Source: Eledone cirrhosa
Lineage: Eukaryota
NCBI GenBank assembly: GCA_964016885.1
Contig: OZ024743.1
Location: forward strand, 66,712,001 to 66,776,000
Direction of reading: 5' to 3'
Length of the DNA stretch: 64,000 bases
The translations under genes were made by a program, and so were the position numbers. A model generated the notes under the pieces. That model saw only the letters and a program-made list of their open reading frames with translations. It was not told the origin of the DNA and did not search any database. Shown here piece after piece: positions 40,977 through 54,800 of this stretch. How positions within the stretch are numbered: the first letter of the stretch is position 1; the number at the start of each line of letters is the position of its first letter.

Positions 40977-41163
40977 GGAAAAAGTATGACCCCGACGGCA
41001 GAGCTCAAGCCGTTCCGACGGCTATTTCTGGAATAGCCATCGAAACGGCTTGAGCTCTGCCGTCGGGGTCATACTTTTTACAATTTCCCACTCTACTACC
41101 CTAAGTATTGAGTACTCTGGTGCGTTATGGTCCATCTGGTTCCTTACCACAATTCCTTTGTTT
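40975..41163 (+). mobile_element. Miniature family A PLE insertion forming an HHR-half palindrome
   Basis: 40979-41030 is inverted against 41031-41078. The tail matches 24570-24646. Confidence 0.85.
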
Positions 41164-42372
41164 TATATATATATATATATATACTAGCAGAATAGCTCGG
41201 CGTTGCTCCGGATTTGCTCTAGGGTTCTTATATATTTGATATATATAATTTGTCGTACATTACCAGGGTTTTTTTCCGTGCGAAGAAAATCAATACTTTA
41301 TCGCGAAATAAATACTTTTGTTTATATTTTGTTATTGTGTATGCAAAAATCATATATATTTATCCTTATCGATCCTCGTGAAATAAATACGTTTGTTTAT
41401 ATTTTGTTATTGTGTAAGCAAAACTATCTGTACACGAATATATAATTATATATATATATATTAAAATAACAGATTAAAGTTTAAACAAAGAATCGGTGCT
41501 TTCACCATTAACGGATCTTCTGAAACTAAAATAAAAACTCAATCTGTGAACGCAGAAGTAAATATTTCGAAAAACGTTACACACACACACACTATATATA
41601 TATATATACACTTTATATATACACTCATACGCATGCACACACACACACACAGCTACGTCATAATGACGTAATGCAGACAGCCAGGCATACAGACAGATAT
41701 TATAAGGGCGCAACGTTATATCTATGTATCTATCTAAAAAGAGAAATACTAAAAGTTATAGAGAGAGATCGCTAAATCGCTAAATCGCCTAGGGCATTGA
41801 AAAAAAAAATTGTTCTCAAAACACTCACAGGACGATAAGTATTATACGTGTAAAGTTTGAAAAAATTCGGTTGGGTGGTTTTCGAGTTTAATGATTGCAC
41901 AGACAGACAGACAAACAGACATTCTCTGTTTTAGATATATAGATTTGTTGGTCTACAGTTAGATAAATCGCGCACAAAGGGTTAATGTTTTTTTATCAAT
42001 AAAAGACGTGTTAAAGCGACCTACAATGTATTATTCTGCATTGATGTTAGCGGTTTTCGTTATTGTCAATGGGGTTTTTGGACGGCAAATTCGAGACCCT
42101 TCTGTTTCTCCCTCAATAAACTGACTACTGCTGATGGTAATGGGAGTCCTATGTAACAGCAGTAACATTGACATTGCTTACAACGTGTCAATCTGCGGAG
42201 GATATAGCAGTGGCCGTTTGATGTAGGGGAAAACTGTGGAAGGTTTCATCCGAGCTCTTTCTGGTCATTCCTTCTGCCTGTGGTTGTTTCCGAATTCCTG
42301 ACTTATACCTGATTGAAGGAAGAATGGTAATATGAAGGTGTAAATTTCAGTAGTATAAAACCTTACCTTGAT

Positions 42373-45300
42373 TTAGTTCGTTTGAGCACACATGGTATCT
42401 TGGTGTAAAACCTCTTGGTAGACAATGTTCTTTGTTTTCCCTCGTGGAGTGTACGCGAAAAGACTTCCTTTGCTCCCCACTCTGGAGCAGCCTACGTATA
42501 GCTGACCGTGTGAGAAGCATGATTCTACCAAGTGAAGTCCTGCCACCGAAAGTGTCTGCCCCTGGGACTTGTTGATAGACATGGCAAAACTTATGCGAAG
42601 CGGGAATTGAAGGCGTCTGAAGGTAAACGGAATTTCATCACATGATGGAATGAGTGGTATTCTGGGAACGAACACATCCTCTCCTTTTCCACACCCTGAA
42701 ATAATGGTGGCATCAACCACGTGCTGCATTACCTTCTTTATAACCAGACGTGTGCCGTTGCAAAGTTTTGGAGGGTCCAAATTCCTAAGAAGCATTATTG
42801 AGTTCCAATTATTTTTAGTCCCAGTCTATGAGGAGGCAGTGAAGGAGGTTCTAACGAATTGAGGAATTCAACAGGGTAGTTTACCGCTTGATCTTGGTCG
42901 GGGGCTGTATCGACGGACTTGTAAGTATGCAGCCTTCCGGGAAGAGATTGCAACAGTTGCTCGTTGATAGCGTTCACTGTGCTGTTTTTTTTTTTTAGCT
43001 AAAATAGCTCTTTCGCATAACCAATTCACATCTTGGTAGTTATCAGAAAGACTGGGAAACACTTGAGCCTTGAGGTCCTCGACTGTGTTGACAGTGGTAC
43101 AAATCGGCCTGAGTGATAATTCGCCATCTCCATCGAGGGTGATCTTGCCATCGCCAAGTGACAAAATATCCGAAGCAAACTCTGCTGCCAGTTGGTCGCC
43201 GTGCAGTTGGGCTCTCATGTTAGTTGTCAGGGTCAACGTTGTTACTTTTGTCACAACGGAGAGGACTTGAGGCACGCCCGGACTTCATCTGCCCTGGTTT
43301 CCTTGGGAATAACGGGAAGGGTCTGTCGGAAGTCTCCGGATAGGAGAAGGGTGACACCTCCCATCGCAGTTTGGCAGTCTCTGATGTCTTGCAAAGTAGT
43401 GTCTAGTGCTTCCAGAGCTTCCACACTATGAGCCGACACCTTCGGAGAACCAGTCCCTTGTCCGAAGCTTTGCTAATGTTGCAGGACGTTGTTTCGGATG
43501 TCGCCAAGTTCAGGGGGAGCTTAAAGGCTGAGTGCGTTGTCCTACCGCCGGGTAACAAAGTTGCAACAATACCAGAGGATGCCACGGCTAACGCGATGTC
43601 CTTGTGCTGCCTCACTTTGGCTAGAAGAAGCTTAGTTAGAAACGTTTTTCCTGTCCCTCTAGGTGCATCTAGGAAGAATATTCCCCCTTTCCGGTTTCGC
43701 ACATGGTCGAAAATAGTATTGTAGACCCGCTGCTGTCATGGAAGGAGTTTTGGCTCTGTTTCACGGACGTATCGGGCAAGAGCATCAATATCATAGGCTG
43801 TTTCACGAATGAGCTCTGTAGGAAGGTTATCCATCCCTGTCCGTACTGGTTGCGGCAGCCCGTGCGTTGGAAAAGTATTCCCGTCCAGTGAAACAGTCCT
43901 GTTTTCCACGTCAATTAAATCACAGTTGTAGACGTCGTCACTGGCAGCATCAAGGCTAGGATACCGCAATTGTGCTTGGTGGTAAAAGTCTTCCGCCAGG
44001 GCATCTCTATACTTCAATCTGAGACTTCGCAAATGGGCAGAAGCACTGCAAAGAGAGCCCTGAGACTTTTCGGCGACTCTGAAACGCAGCCTTCACGAGC
44101 GTAGCATCCCTCTGTGCGCAGTCTTCTAACAGTCCCTGTCTTAAGCAGGCCTCTCTGAAAGTAGCGCAAAGCCGACCGTTGACTGTTTTCAAATGTTGGT
44201 AAGACGTTGGTCCCCTAACCTCGTGAATTAGCAGTCGAAGGTAGAAACACTCTTGTTGGCTTGGATGAACTGTGTAAACTCTTCCGAGCAACTGTCAAAT
44301 TTAATGACAGGGTATCCATCAACGTTTTGACTCTGCTTCCTCCGTTGCCATTTCTTTTATTCCCAGATGTAATAGGACGGCACCTGTGGATACAGCAAGG
44401 TTTGGGTGAATGGATCGACTTGACAAAGGCTAAAGAAGGCAGTGAGGGTAGTGAGGGTAGTGACCTTCGGTTCCTCAACCAATTGAGCAGCAGTGGAAGC
44501 AGTGAAGTATACGCGTTGACCTTTTTCAAGGTGAACAACAAGTTGTTGGATGGGTGGGTGCCTTTGATTCAAGGGGAAACCGAAAATGCGCCAGAAGGCC
44601 TCGTTACTGCTTATGTACCTACCCACTTGGTACTGTGTAACTTCGTCCCGATTGCCGTCTTGCTGCAGGCGAAACATAGCAGCGTCTGAGCCCTTACTGA
44701 TGTACTTGCAGACATATTTGATTGACTTAACGGAGTTGCAAAACTCTACGTTGACGTGAGAGTTGAACGCCTTGGACATAATAGGGTCGTACGGCACTAT
44801 CCACCTGTTGTCTACTTCGTATGGCCCAATGTGCACTGTAAACCCGCCGTCTTCCGGCTTTCTTCGTATGTACAGTGGGTTTCCGTCTTTGCCGGTCTGG
44901 GTCTCTCGAAGAAACTGCTTCGGAATTTTTTTGCTGCAAACCGAATCTCTCAAGCATGGTGAGTGTAGGTTAAATCCACGCCCGCATGGACCATGAACCA
45001 TGTTTGCCCGTACTATGTCAAAGACGTCTTTGTCAACAGAGGGGTTGGGGAGGTCTGCAGAGATATGCCTGTCAATGTTGATGGAGTTAATCTTTGTTGA
45101 CATCCAAATAAGAATATGGGCATGTGGCAGACCCCTTTTTTACCACTCAACTGTATACATGTCGCATTTTACAGGCACAAAAACCTGTCCTTTCTTGATA
45201 AGGTCCATGAGTTTCTGTAACTTCAGTCGGAATACCCTGGCTAGAAGGTCATGCCTGTCTTTGACCTTCTGATCTTGGAAGAGTTCAGCCTCGATCTCCT

Positions 45301-47084
45301 TCCACTTGGGGTTGCAGGTAAAGGTAATGAATAAATTGGGCCGACCGTAGTGGCGCACATATGTCATGGCGTCTTGCGTCCTCTCATGCATATACCGCGG
45401 GCCCCCGGTGAAGGTGGCAGGAAAAATGCACACCTGCCCTAAGCTTCCCGGAGCAACGTCATTGTTGATACCATCTCGAAGGTGAATGTAACTCTCTGAA
45501 CGTAGCTTTTGTTGGTTGTACCTGATGTAGCGCAGCCTCTAAGACTCCTTCTTGGAGCACATATCGACTGCAAATTGATGGAATAGCTCGCGTGAACTGT
45601 GGAGATGATTCATGCAGTTGCTTCATGAAGCAGTATGCGTAGAACTCCATGCAGGAAACTTGTTTGCTGCTGCATTCGTCTGGTCTGTGGGGATTACCCA
45701 AATGGGTGAATGCCCAAATGGTAACCGTCTTCTCCATTCACGAAGAGCAAAGTGTATTGTAGCGCGTCGTAGGATCTGAGGGTTTCGCTGATTCGCTTAA
45801 GAGTGTTGTCGCGACATGTGAGAACGATGTCCCTTGGATTTTGCTGCTCACCTTCAAGCACAATGGCGATTTCATTGCATGTAGGCAGATTAGAGCGGCC
45901 AGTATGCTCTCCAGATGGCCGTTTGTCAGCATTAATGGCAACATTAAAATTGGGGATTGATGCTGTTTCTAACGCATACTGAAAACTCTGCACATAACTG
46001 TTTTTTGCATGTAACATCTCTTGGAGCTGCAATGTCAGCTAGAAATTAATGCCGGGTGATATAGTGTTTCGTCTTCTCGCTTGCTCTTGGTAGCTGCCAA
46101 CGAAGTACAGTTGAAGAAACTGAGGCTCTTGGTTCGCAACGGGCTTAAGTGGTCCTATCCTATGATAAACCTGGCCCTGGAATTTAAACGTAGGCATAAA
46201 CCCACCTTCCCTAACGATATTCGCCCCGAAAGAAGTCATTTGAAAGGCACAGTTATACTTTTGCTATTACTTAGGAAATGCTTTGATTCTGGGGTTGTGC
46301 CTGTAAGAAGCAGCAGCAATGGCTGGGGAGGATCCTCTAGAGCGGGTAATTTGACCTTTCCCCTTGCGCAACACATGCCGGCTGCTTCTCCTGGCCACTT
46401 ATTCGCAGAGAAAAATTTGCAAGTATCTCGCATACTGGAAATTGACATGTCTGGATGGTTAGCATAATCGCTGTCTGGCCTATATTCAAATGCTTCTAGT
46501 AGCCATCTTGAACTACATGGCCTTGAACCACCCTGCCGAGTATTTCTACGCTGGGCGATACTCTCCAGGCGATGCCGTCGGGCGTCGGAGGTCTCAGCAG
46601 CTCGGGCGGCAGCAGTTGATGCAGCATCTCCTACCTGACGCAAGGCACGCTGTTGTGCACTCTCAGCAGCACGGGTGGCAGCAGTTGACACAGCATTTTC
46701 TGTTTGACGTAGGACATGCTGTTCTGCACTCTCAGAAGTACGAGTGGCAGCAGTTGATGCAGCCTTTTTTGTTAGACATAGGGCACGCTGTTCTGCACTC
46801 TCAGCAGCTTAAGCGGCAGCAGTTGATGCAGCATTTTTTCTGATACGCAGGTAACGCTTTTCTGCAGTCTCAGCAGCTCGGGCAGTGGCTTTTAATGCAA
46901 CATTTCGTGCTTTTCGCAGGTCACGCTGTCCGTCACTCTCAGCAGTTCTGACAGTGGGTGTTGATGCATCGTTTTACAATGGGCTAATAGCAACTTCTGG
47001 GGACTGTTCATTTGCTCTCCTCCTTTGCAGTCTTTTTGAAAAGGGCGCTTTTCTTCCGAAGCAAACTCTCTTCTTTGGGAGCAT
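42373..47084 (-). pseudogene. Helitron Rep/PIF1 helicase, frameshifted with stops
   Basis: N-terminal RAAE repeats. C..KWPGE..MCC.RGKV zinc finger. TFTGGPRYM, FITFTCNPKW, VEW*KRGLPHAHILIW (HUH), KYVCKYISKG (Y2). LDAPRGTGKTF (Walker A), GDFRQTLPV, INKSQGQTL, HGQLYVGCSRV. Confidence 0.97.
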
Positions 47085-47845
47085 AGCCTAGGATATATTA
47101 AACAACAACGTATAACTTGTGGATGAAGAAAACCAGGTGCAAGGGGGCTAGTAAGTTTAAGTATCTGTTCATGCTTAGGTTAGTTGATGTAGAAGAGATT
47201 AATAGTTTTCAGTCTAAAACTCACTTGGGTAATAGGTTAGTTGTGACCGATTGTCGAACCACTATAAGTGTATGCATCAGTTCTTAACCCTATGCCCTTC
47301 TACCGTGCCTCAACAACTACAATTGTCGGTTTAAGTTAAGACAGTTTGCCATAACACTATCCCGCCCCCCTGAACTGTATTGTCTGTACCAAGATAGATA
47401 GACATTACCGCTTAATGCCAGCGTATGTGATTTTTAACATAGATGTGGGGTTATGTTTTGGTGGGGGCTTTCTAAAAAGATCCATTATTTCTATCTATGT
47501 ACGTAATGGGGCATATGGCTTGGTACTAACACCAATAATAATGTGTGCAACGGGGGTAAGTAATTATGTCTCAGGAAGTATTGCCAAAAAATATTAAAGC
47601 AACTGGGGTAAGTGGGAATATCTCAGGATTCATAGCCAAAAAATTAGTAAATGACACTTACTGATTGAAAAATAAGCCAACCGCCGGATAGATATTCTCA
47701 AGTGCAATTGTTTACCTGGGTTGGCTTGGCTCGCTTATATTGTATATTAAAATAACAGATTAAAGTTTAAGCAAAGAATCGCTGCTTTCACCCTTATCGG
47801 GATCTTCTGAAACTCTAAAAATAAATCTGTGAACGCAGAAGTAAA

Positions 47846-48305
47846 TCTAAACTATAATAAAGTAAGAAGCGTGGGATTGCGTCCAGTTTATACTTTTTTT
47901 TATCCCATTAGTAAAATAAGTTGGATTACTTTGAATACATAATTTATCTACTAAATTTCGTGGTTGTTCATTAAATATATTTTATTATTTATTTAAACAT
48001 TCATTTCTTTAAAATTTTCAAATGTCAACACTTCCGGTGGCGATCGCTTAAATAAACATATTATTTTCTGTCACTAATTTTCTCCTAATGCAGTTTATAT
48101 ATAATGTCTTTTGTTAATGTGTCATGGATTACGTTACTGATTGCATAAGACAGTGTAACACAGTGTTCGTTCAATTTCTGTGTATATGTCAATTACAATT
48201 TTATTTGACGTATCATATCTACATGTATATATACTTGCGTATAATATCAATATACACACTACACATGCTAGCAGAAAACCACCCGAAAGGTGGTTTTTCT
48301 GTTAG
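47846..48305 (+). mobile_element. Complete 460-bp non-autonomous Helitron nested at an A|T site
   Basis: TCTAAACTATAATAAAG...hairpin...TTAG. The flanks rejoin to gcagaagtaaA|Tatttc, as seen uninterrupted at about 19130-19146 and 41552-41568. Confidence 0.9.
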
Positions 48306-49204
48306 TATTTCTAAAAACGTTGCAACCGAAGGAAAACAAGCAGTCGATACTTTGGTTCGTGAATACGTTGCTTGGCAAAGAACAGAAAATAGCGAACATA
48401 ATACGTCATCAATGTTTGTCATAATGCCGTAATGCAGACAGTCAGACATACAGACATATTATAAGGGCGCGATGGAGATAGATAACGGACACCTAACACC
48501 CCTTTAACAACAAAAAATTGAAAAATAAAAGCTGCAGTTAATATCTTTAGACCGCAAGGAATATATAAATGCAAGTTTGAAGTCAATTGGAGTAGAAATG
48601 TGGATTTCTATAGACTTTGCAAAAAGACTTAACTTAAGACAGTTTGCGTTAACACTATCCCGTCCCTATGCACTGTATTGTCTGTACCAAGATAGATAGA
48701 CATTACCGCTTAATGCCAGCGTATGTGATTTTTAACATAGATGTGGGGATCTTTTTGGCGGAGTCTTTCTAAAAAGATCCATTATTTCTATCTATGTAAG
48801 TAATGGGGCATATGGCTTGGTTCTAACACCAATAATAAGGTGTGCAACGGGGTTAAGTGATTATGTATCAGGAAGTATTGCAAAAAAATACTAAAGCAAC
48901 TGGGGTAAGTGGGAATGTTTCGGGATTGTTACCGTTCCCTGGTAATGAACGGAAAATAGCGAACATAATACGCCATCTATGTTTGTCATAATGTCGTAAT
49001 ACAGACAGATATTATAAGGGCGCGAGGGAGATCGATAACCGGCGCCTAACACCCCTTTAACAACAGAAAATTGAAAAATAAAAGCAGCAGTTAATATCTT
49101 TAGACCACAAGGAATATATAAATGCAAGTTAGAAGTCAATCGGAGTAGAAATATGGATTTGTATAGACTTTGCAACAATGAGGACACAGACACAGACACA
49201 GACA

Positions 49205-49283
<79 letters not shown>

Positions 49284-49291
49284 GCGCGCAC

Positions 49292-49348
<57 letters not shown>

Positions 49349-49353
49349 CACAC

Positions 49354-49419
<66 letters not shown>

Positions 49420-49444
49420 CAACAGTTTTATATATATATATATA

Positions 49445-49810
49445 TAAAATAAATAAGTCAAACATGTAAAATTTGGCTTCGTTTATTATAAATTATAGAT
49501 TTTCTGCTATATATATTTCGGTGACAGCTATTATTGGCTGTGACCTCTTCAGGCAGTCCGAATTGGTGTGGAAAAGACAGGTACACATGTTGTTGAAGTG
49601 TGTTCCACTCTGTCAATACATCGATATGTCCAGCTCCAGGGCGTGTTGTTAGTCCTCCGAGGAACTGGAATCCAATGGGCTAGAACAAATGAATTTTGGC
49701 GTCAGGGGGCACGCTCATTACATTACTCCGGAGTAAACAAACCAAACTGCGTACTTCGTCGAGTGCTCCAATCTGCATACTGAGGTGTCGGTAAACAACC
49801 AACATATACT

Positions 49811-49812
<2 letters not shown>
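49445..49812. mobile_element. Family C PLE-type insertion with inversion
   Basis: 49445-49635 resembles 16883-17055. 49720-49812 is the reverse complement of about 16782-16875. Confidence 0.75.
49504..49556 (-). ncRNA. Type I hammerhead ribozyme (family C)
   Basis: Minus strand: CTGC CTGAAGA GGTcACAGC..GCTGTcACC GAAA TATATA TA| GCAG. Confidence 0.8.
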
Positions 49813-49888
<76 letters not shown>

Positions 49889-50149
49889 TATAATAAATGG
49901 AAACTATATTTATGAAAGCATATTTATTCTATTATATATATTTCAAGGGTACCAACACTTTGGTACGCTCTCATAAGATAAAATACGAAGTTTGTTTCAT
50001 AAATATTGACATATCCAGGAAGAAGATCTTAACGGTTCAAGTTTTTCCAGGAAAATTGATATTATACTCCAGAAATCTTGTCGAGTGCTTCGAATCAGTT
50101 ATAAACCTATATATTTGTTGATTTACGAACAAATTAAATATCCCTTTTG

Positions 50150-50187
<38 letters not shown>

Positions 50188-50870
50188 GAGGTTATATTTA
50201 ATTTTTGGGATACAACAAGCAAAATATTTATATAACTGATATACAGCACTCACCAAATTATTGGAGTAAATATAGAATATATTAACAAATGGAAACTATA
50301 TTTATAAAACCATATTTATTTCATTATACATATTTCAAGGGCAACCAGAATGGTTGCATTTTTTCAGGGTATGTCAATATCATAATCTATAAAGCTCAGT
50401 GTGTGGTCATGCTCCTTTCTTATAGAAATGTACGATATAGAATTTCTTCAATTGAAATTTACAATTCAGTATTCGAAATAGCTTCGATTGCGTCTTGGCA
50501 CAGATAATTTTTTCAATTTCACCCACAATTACGCAAAAAATAGATAAAACTCAATATTTTACGATTTTTCTCTGTCATTTAAACTGCTAAACTCTTTCCA
50601 CTACCATTCAAATTCTATACAACTTCATACTTTCTGCTACTTTCTCTTTCCAAGCTTGATGGTGATACTGTCCGTTTTACTCTCTGATATCATCTGCTTT
50701 CCTCTAACTACAACCCACACATTTTGCTACTTTCTCTTTTATACAGATACATTTATTCAACAACAAGCGATAAATCTTTTTTAAAACCTCTTTTCCAAAC
50801 GCATACAAATACACACTCACTTCAACAACAACAACAACAATCTGCCTTTTATAGATAATGATAAACAATA

Positions 50871-51145
50871 ATATCCTCTATGAGGTCACTAAACCTGCTA
50901 GAAACAGCAGCTAACTCTCCCCCATACACACCCCTCCCTAATGTCTTAAATTTAGAAAACATATCTTCTATGAGGTCACTAAACCTGCTAGAAACAGCAG
51001 CTAACTCTCCCCCATATCACACCACTTCCTATTGTCTTAAATTTAGAAAACACATATCCTCTATGAGGTCACTAAACCTGCTAGAAACAACAGCTAACTC
51101 TCCCTCATATCACAACCCTCCCTACTGTCTTAAATTTAGAAAACA
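50871..51145 (+). repeat. Three tandem copies of a unit of about 90 bp (probable retroposon 3' tail)
   Basis: atatcctctatgaggtcactaaacctgctagaaacagcagctaactctcc at about 50871, 50961 and 51054. Confidence 0.85.
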
Positions 51146-51402
51146 CACAGACAACCATGCAGAACAACTCCATCGCAGCTCTGTTGTTCGGCTGGCATCG
51201 TCTACGCGCGTGTTGCGCAAGTACTGTGAAACAATAAATTTCAATACTTTTTTGCACAGAGATAATATCCATAGGCGAAACTACAATTGTCACTGCTGGC
51301 GCAGCTCCTGCTTCCAGGTCTGCAATTCATTCACCCAGTGCCTGGCAGACAAAAAAGTGCTGCCATAAAATGGGTGGTACAACCTAACTTTGGTAACTTA
51401 AT

Positions 51403-51433
51403 GACCCCGAGCAACGCCGGGCTTTAATGCTAG
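51403..51433 (+). mobile_element. Helitron 3' terminus
   Basis: ccccgagcaacgccgggctttaatgCTAG|T. The 5' end was not located. Confidence 0.65.
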
Positions 51434-51563
51434 TTTATTTATAAAACTAACCTATATTATATTTTATCTGATGAAAGCGCACTATAGTTTGCCTTGGTGG
51501 CCCTTTAAATATGTATAATGAAATAAATATGGTTTTATAAATATAGTTTCCATTTGTATAACA

Positions 51564-51658
<95 letters not shown>

Positions 51659-51879
51659 TATATATGTATGGATAGAAAGTGAAAGAGGAACATATCATGC
51701 CAAAAAATGTATCTCTCCATTTTCTCCCCCCTCTCTCTCTCTCTCTCTGTATCTGTCTGGCTCTGTTTCTCTCTCTGTGTCTGTCTCTTTCTTTCTCTCT
51801 CACTTTTGCGTTTTTATTTGATTTACTCTATTTGTTTTCTGTGTCATTATCCGTTTCTAACACACACTAACACAAGCAC

Positions 51880-52735
51880 ATACACATATATACACACACA
51901 TGTATTCACATATATGCACACACATATAGGCACACACATGTACATACATATATACACACACATGTACACATACACACACACATGCACTCACATATATATA
52001 CACAAATATATACACACACATGTTCACACATATATATACACACACATATACATACACACATATACACACTCACATATATGCGCACACATTTACACACGCA
52101 CATGTACACAGATATATACACACACATGTACACGCATATATACACACACATGTACACACATATATACACACACATGTTCACACATATATACACACACATA
52201 TGTACACACACATATATACACTCACATATATGCACACACATTTACACACGCACATATACACAGATATATACACACACATGTACATACATATATACACACA
52301 CATGTACACATATATAAACACGCACATGTACAAACATATATACACTCACATGTACACACACATGTACATAGATATATACACACACATGTACACACATATA
52401 CACACACACATGTACACACATATATACACACACATGTACACACATATATACACACACATATATACACACACATATATACACTCACATATATGCACACACA
52501 TTTACACACACACATGTACACAGATATATACACACACATGTACATACATATATACACACACATGTACACACATATACACACGCACATGTACACACATATA
52601 TACACGCACATGTACACACACATGTACATAGATATATATACACACATGTACACACATATATACACACACATGTACACACATATATACACACACATGTACA
52701 CAGATATATACACACACATATACACACACATATAT
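51880..52735. repeat. AC/AT-rich minisatellite, unit about 24 bp (CATGTACACACATATATACACACA)
   Basis: Direct reading. Source of the His/Thr/Tyr ORFs. Confidence 0.9.
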
Positions 52736-52796
52736 CTCATTGAGTACTTTCCTTTAAATTGTGGGATTCTCTCGTTTTTAAACAGGAAGATTAACA

Positions 52797-52838
<42 letters not shown>

Positions 52839-52874
52839 TACACATACAGACACACACATACACACATATATATA

Positions 52875-52981
52875 CAGTGTGCTCCCAAAAATGTATACAC
52901 ACTTCAACACCATTCTACACCATTTTGATAAATATTGCCTGTACAGGTAATCAAAGTGTGTATATATATTTGGGGGACACC

Positions 52982-52984
<3 letters not shown>
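52875..52984. mobile_element. 110-bp Tc1/mariner-type MITE
   Basis: TA|CAGTGTGCTCCCAAAAATGTATACACACTT ... AAGTGTGTATATATATTTGGGGGACACCCTG|TA. Confidence 0.8.
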
Positions 52985-53074
<90 letters not shown>

Positions 53075-53094
53075 AAAGGTAAACAGAAATAACA

Positions 53095-54515
53095 ACACAA
53101 TCGGTAGAGTAAGGCGTCCAAAGTTAAATCATGGAAGAACTTTTGTGTTAACTTGAATCCGACTTCAGATCAGCAAATAAAGTGTTCTGGCAGACTATCC
53201 GCCGACATTGTAATAAGAAGCCTCCTCCACATCTGCTATCAGGAACGCGTCTGGGGTTCTGCTCTCTTTAGAGAGGTGCATCCTCGCGAGGTGGTGAGAA
53301 TACTTTGCTGATCTCCTAGACCCGATGACAACAGCATCTTCTGCTGTACACGAGGTGCATCTGGGAGTGGTGACTAATCTCTCAGAGGCTGAGATTACTT
53401 GAGCAATTAAAGAGCTTAAATGTGGCAAAGCCGCTGGGGAGGTGAAATCCGGCTCGAGATGTGAAAAACATTAAGGAGAGAAGGTATTCTTTTGCTGAAT
53501 AGTGTGGTGGATGGCCTTCATTTCTGAAAAGGCACTTAAATAATGGCAATCAGGAGTGACGATTCCAATTTTCAAAAAAGGCATCAACAGAGACTGTTCC
53601 AATTACAGAGGGATCTCCTTGTTAGGCCTCCCCAGTAAAGTTTATGCTGAGTATCTGGAAAAGATTTGCTGTGAGATTTCGAGTCGAAGCTAGCTGATGA
53701 ACTGTACGGTTTTCGTCTCAGATGCGGCACAACCGACCAAATATTCACACTGTGGCAGGTCTTCGAGAAAGCGTGTGAATATTGCCACTTATCTTCGTTA
53801 TTTTCACGAACAAGATTGATATGCGCAGCTGGGTTGGAAGTGGCATCTACACTGGAGAGTGTAAAGTCTGTCGATGATCTCCGACATGCACTGGATGCGT
53901 TTGATGCCGAGTGCTCCATGGATGGAATGAAAATCAGTGCTGCGAAAACTGAGACACTCGTCCTCGCAAGGAAGCAAGCGCAATGCACTCTACAAATCAA
54001 TGGAATCCCACTGAAGCAGGTGGATGAGTTCAAGCATCACGGAGACATTTTCATAAGTGCTGGAAGGCAGCATCAGTAATTAGAAGAAGAGAGGTAGGCG
54101 TAAAAGACAAACTCGCTATCTTCAATTAGGTTTCCCTACCAATCCTTACCTATTCTAATATATCTTGGGTAACGACCGAAAGCGTACGATCGCGAACTGA
54201 AGCGGCCGAAATGGGGCTCCTTCGAAGGGTTTTGGAGCAACGTTACTCGACAGAGTGTGTAGCTCAGAAATCAGAGAGTCACTCTATGTTAGAGCCGCTA
54301 CTTATCCGAATTGAGATATCACAGCTCGGATACTATGGGCATGGGGTTAGAATGTTTCGGGAAGGAATCGCTGGACAGATTTTACGGGAAAAACTAACCG
54401 GTTAGAAAACCAGGGGTAGACCTCGAGTATGATAGTTGGATAACATCCATGAGCTTAGCTGGTCTCGCTTGGGGATCCAGCCAGATCAGTTGGAGACGGT
54501 TGCTTCTGACAGGAC
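53095..54515 (+). pseudogene. Decayed RTE-clade LINE (RT region to 3' end)
   Basis: LKCGKAAG, IPIFKKG..RDCSNYRGISLL, GFR....TTDQIFTL, MKISAAKTE, L.YYGH.VRM. Many stops and deletions. Confidence 0.88.
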
Positions 54516-54575
54516 CCGGCTTGGTACATTATTTTTACATACAAATGTCTGTATCACAGTCTGTAGTCTGTCGGC

Positions 54576-54800
54576 GTGCCTGCTGATATAAATATAGTAC
54601 ACCTGGCAGTGGAGACTTTTGGTGTCCTCGGCCCTAGGGCTACCTCCCTACTCACCACTATAGGCGCTGAGCTGGCCAGCCGCAGATGTGAGCCCCGCGA
54701 GTTGGAGTGGCTTTTCCAGCGCGTCTCCCTTACCGTCCTCCGCAGGAACGCCTCCTCCATCCTGTCCGCCGGGGCTGTGGGGGTGGGGTGCATCGTGTAA
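54576..54800 (+). pseudogene. CRE-like non-LTR element endonuclease C-terminus
   Basis: LAVETFGVLGP.A..LL..IG......EPRE..WLFQRVSL.V.R.NA..I is typical of CRE-clade RLE domains. Confidence 0.8.

Larger units (their letters stand above)
41184..49443 (-). mobile_element. Composite Helitron (decayed autonomous copy)
   Basis: 3' hairpin and CTAG|T at 41184-41212. RepHel pseudogene inside. Helitron-type 5' modules (TATATAAAA..GT/CTGT microsatellite) at about 49440 and again at 41943. The outer 5' boundary is inferred. Confidence 0.7.

Noticed and set aside
51707-53092. 461-aa His/Thr/Tyr-rich ORF and the many [12 protein letters not shown] ORFs across the window
   Set aside because: Microsatellite and minisatellite read-through.
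53690-53720. CTGATGA matches here and at about 37702 and 62572
   Set aside because: No downstream stem II-GAAA-stem III arrangement. They lie in LINE coding or TIR sequence.
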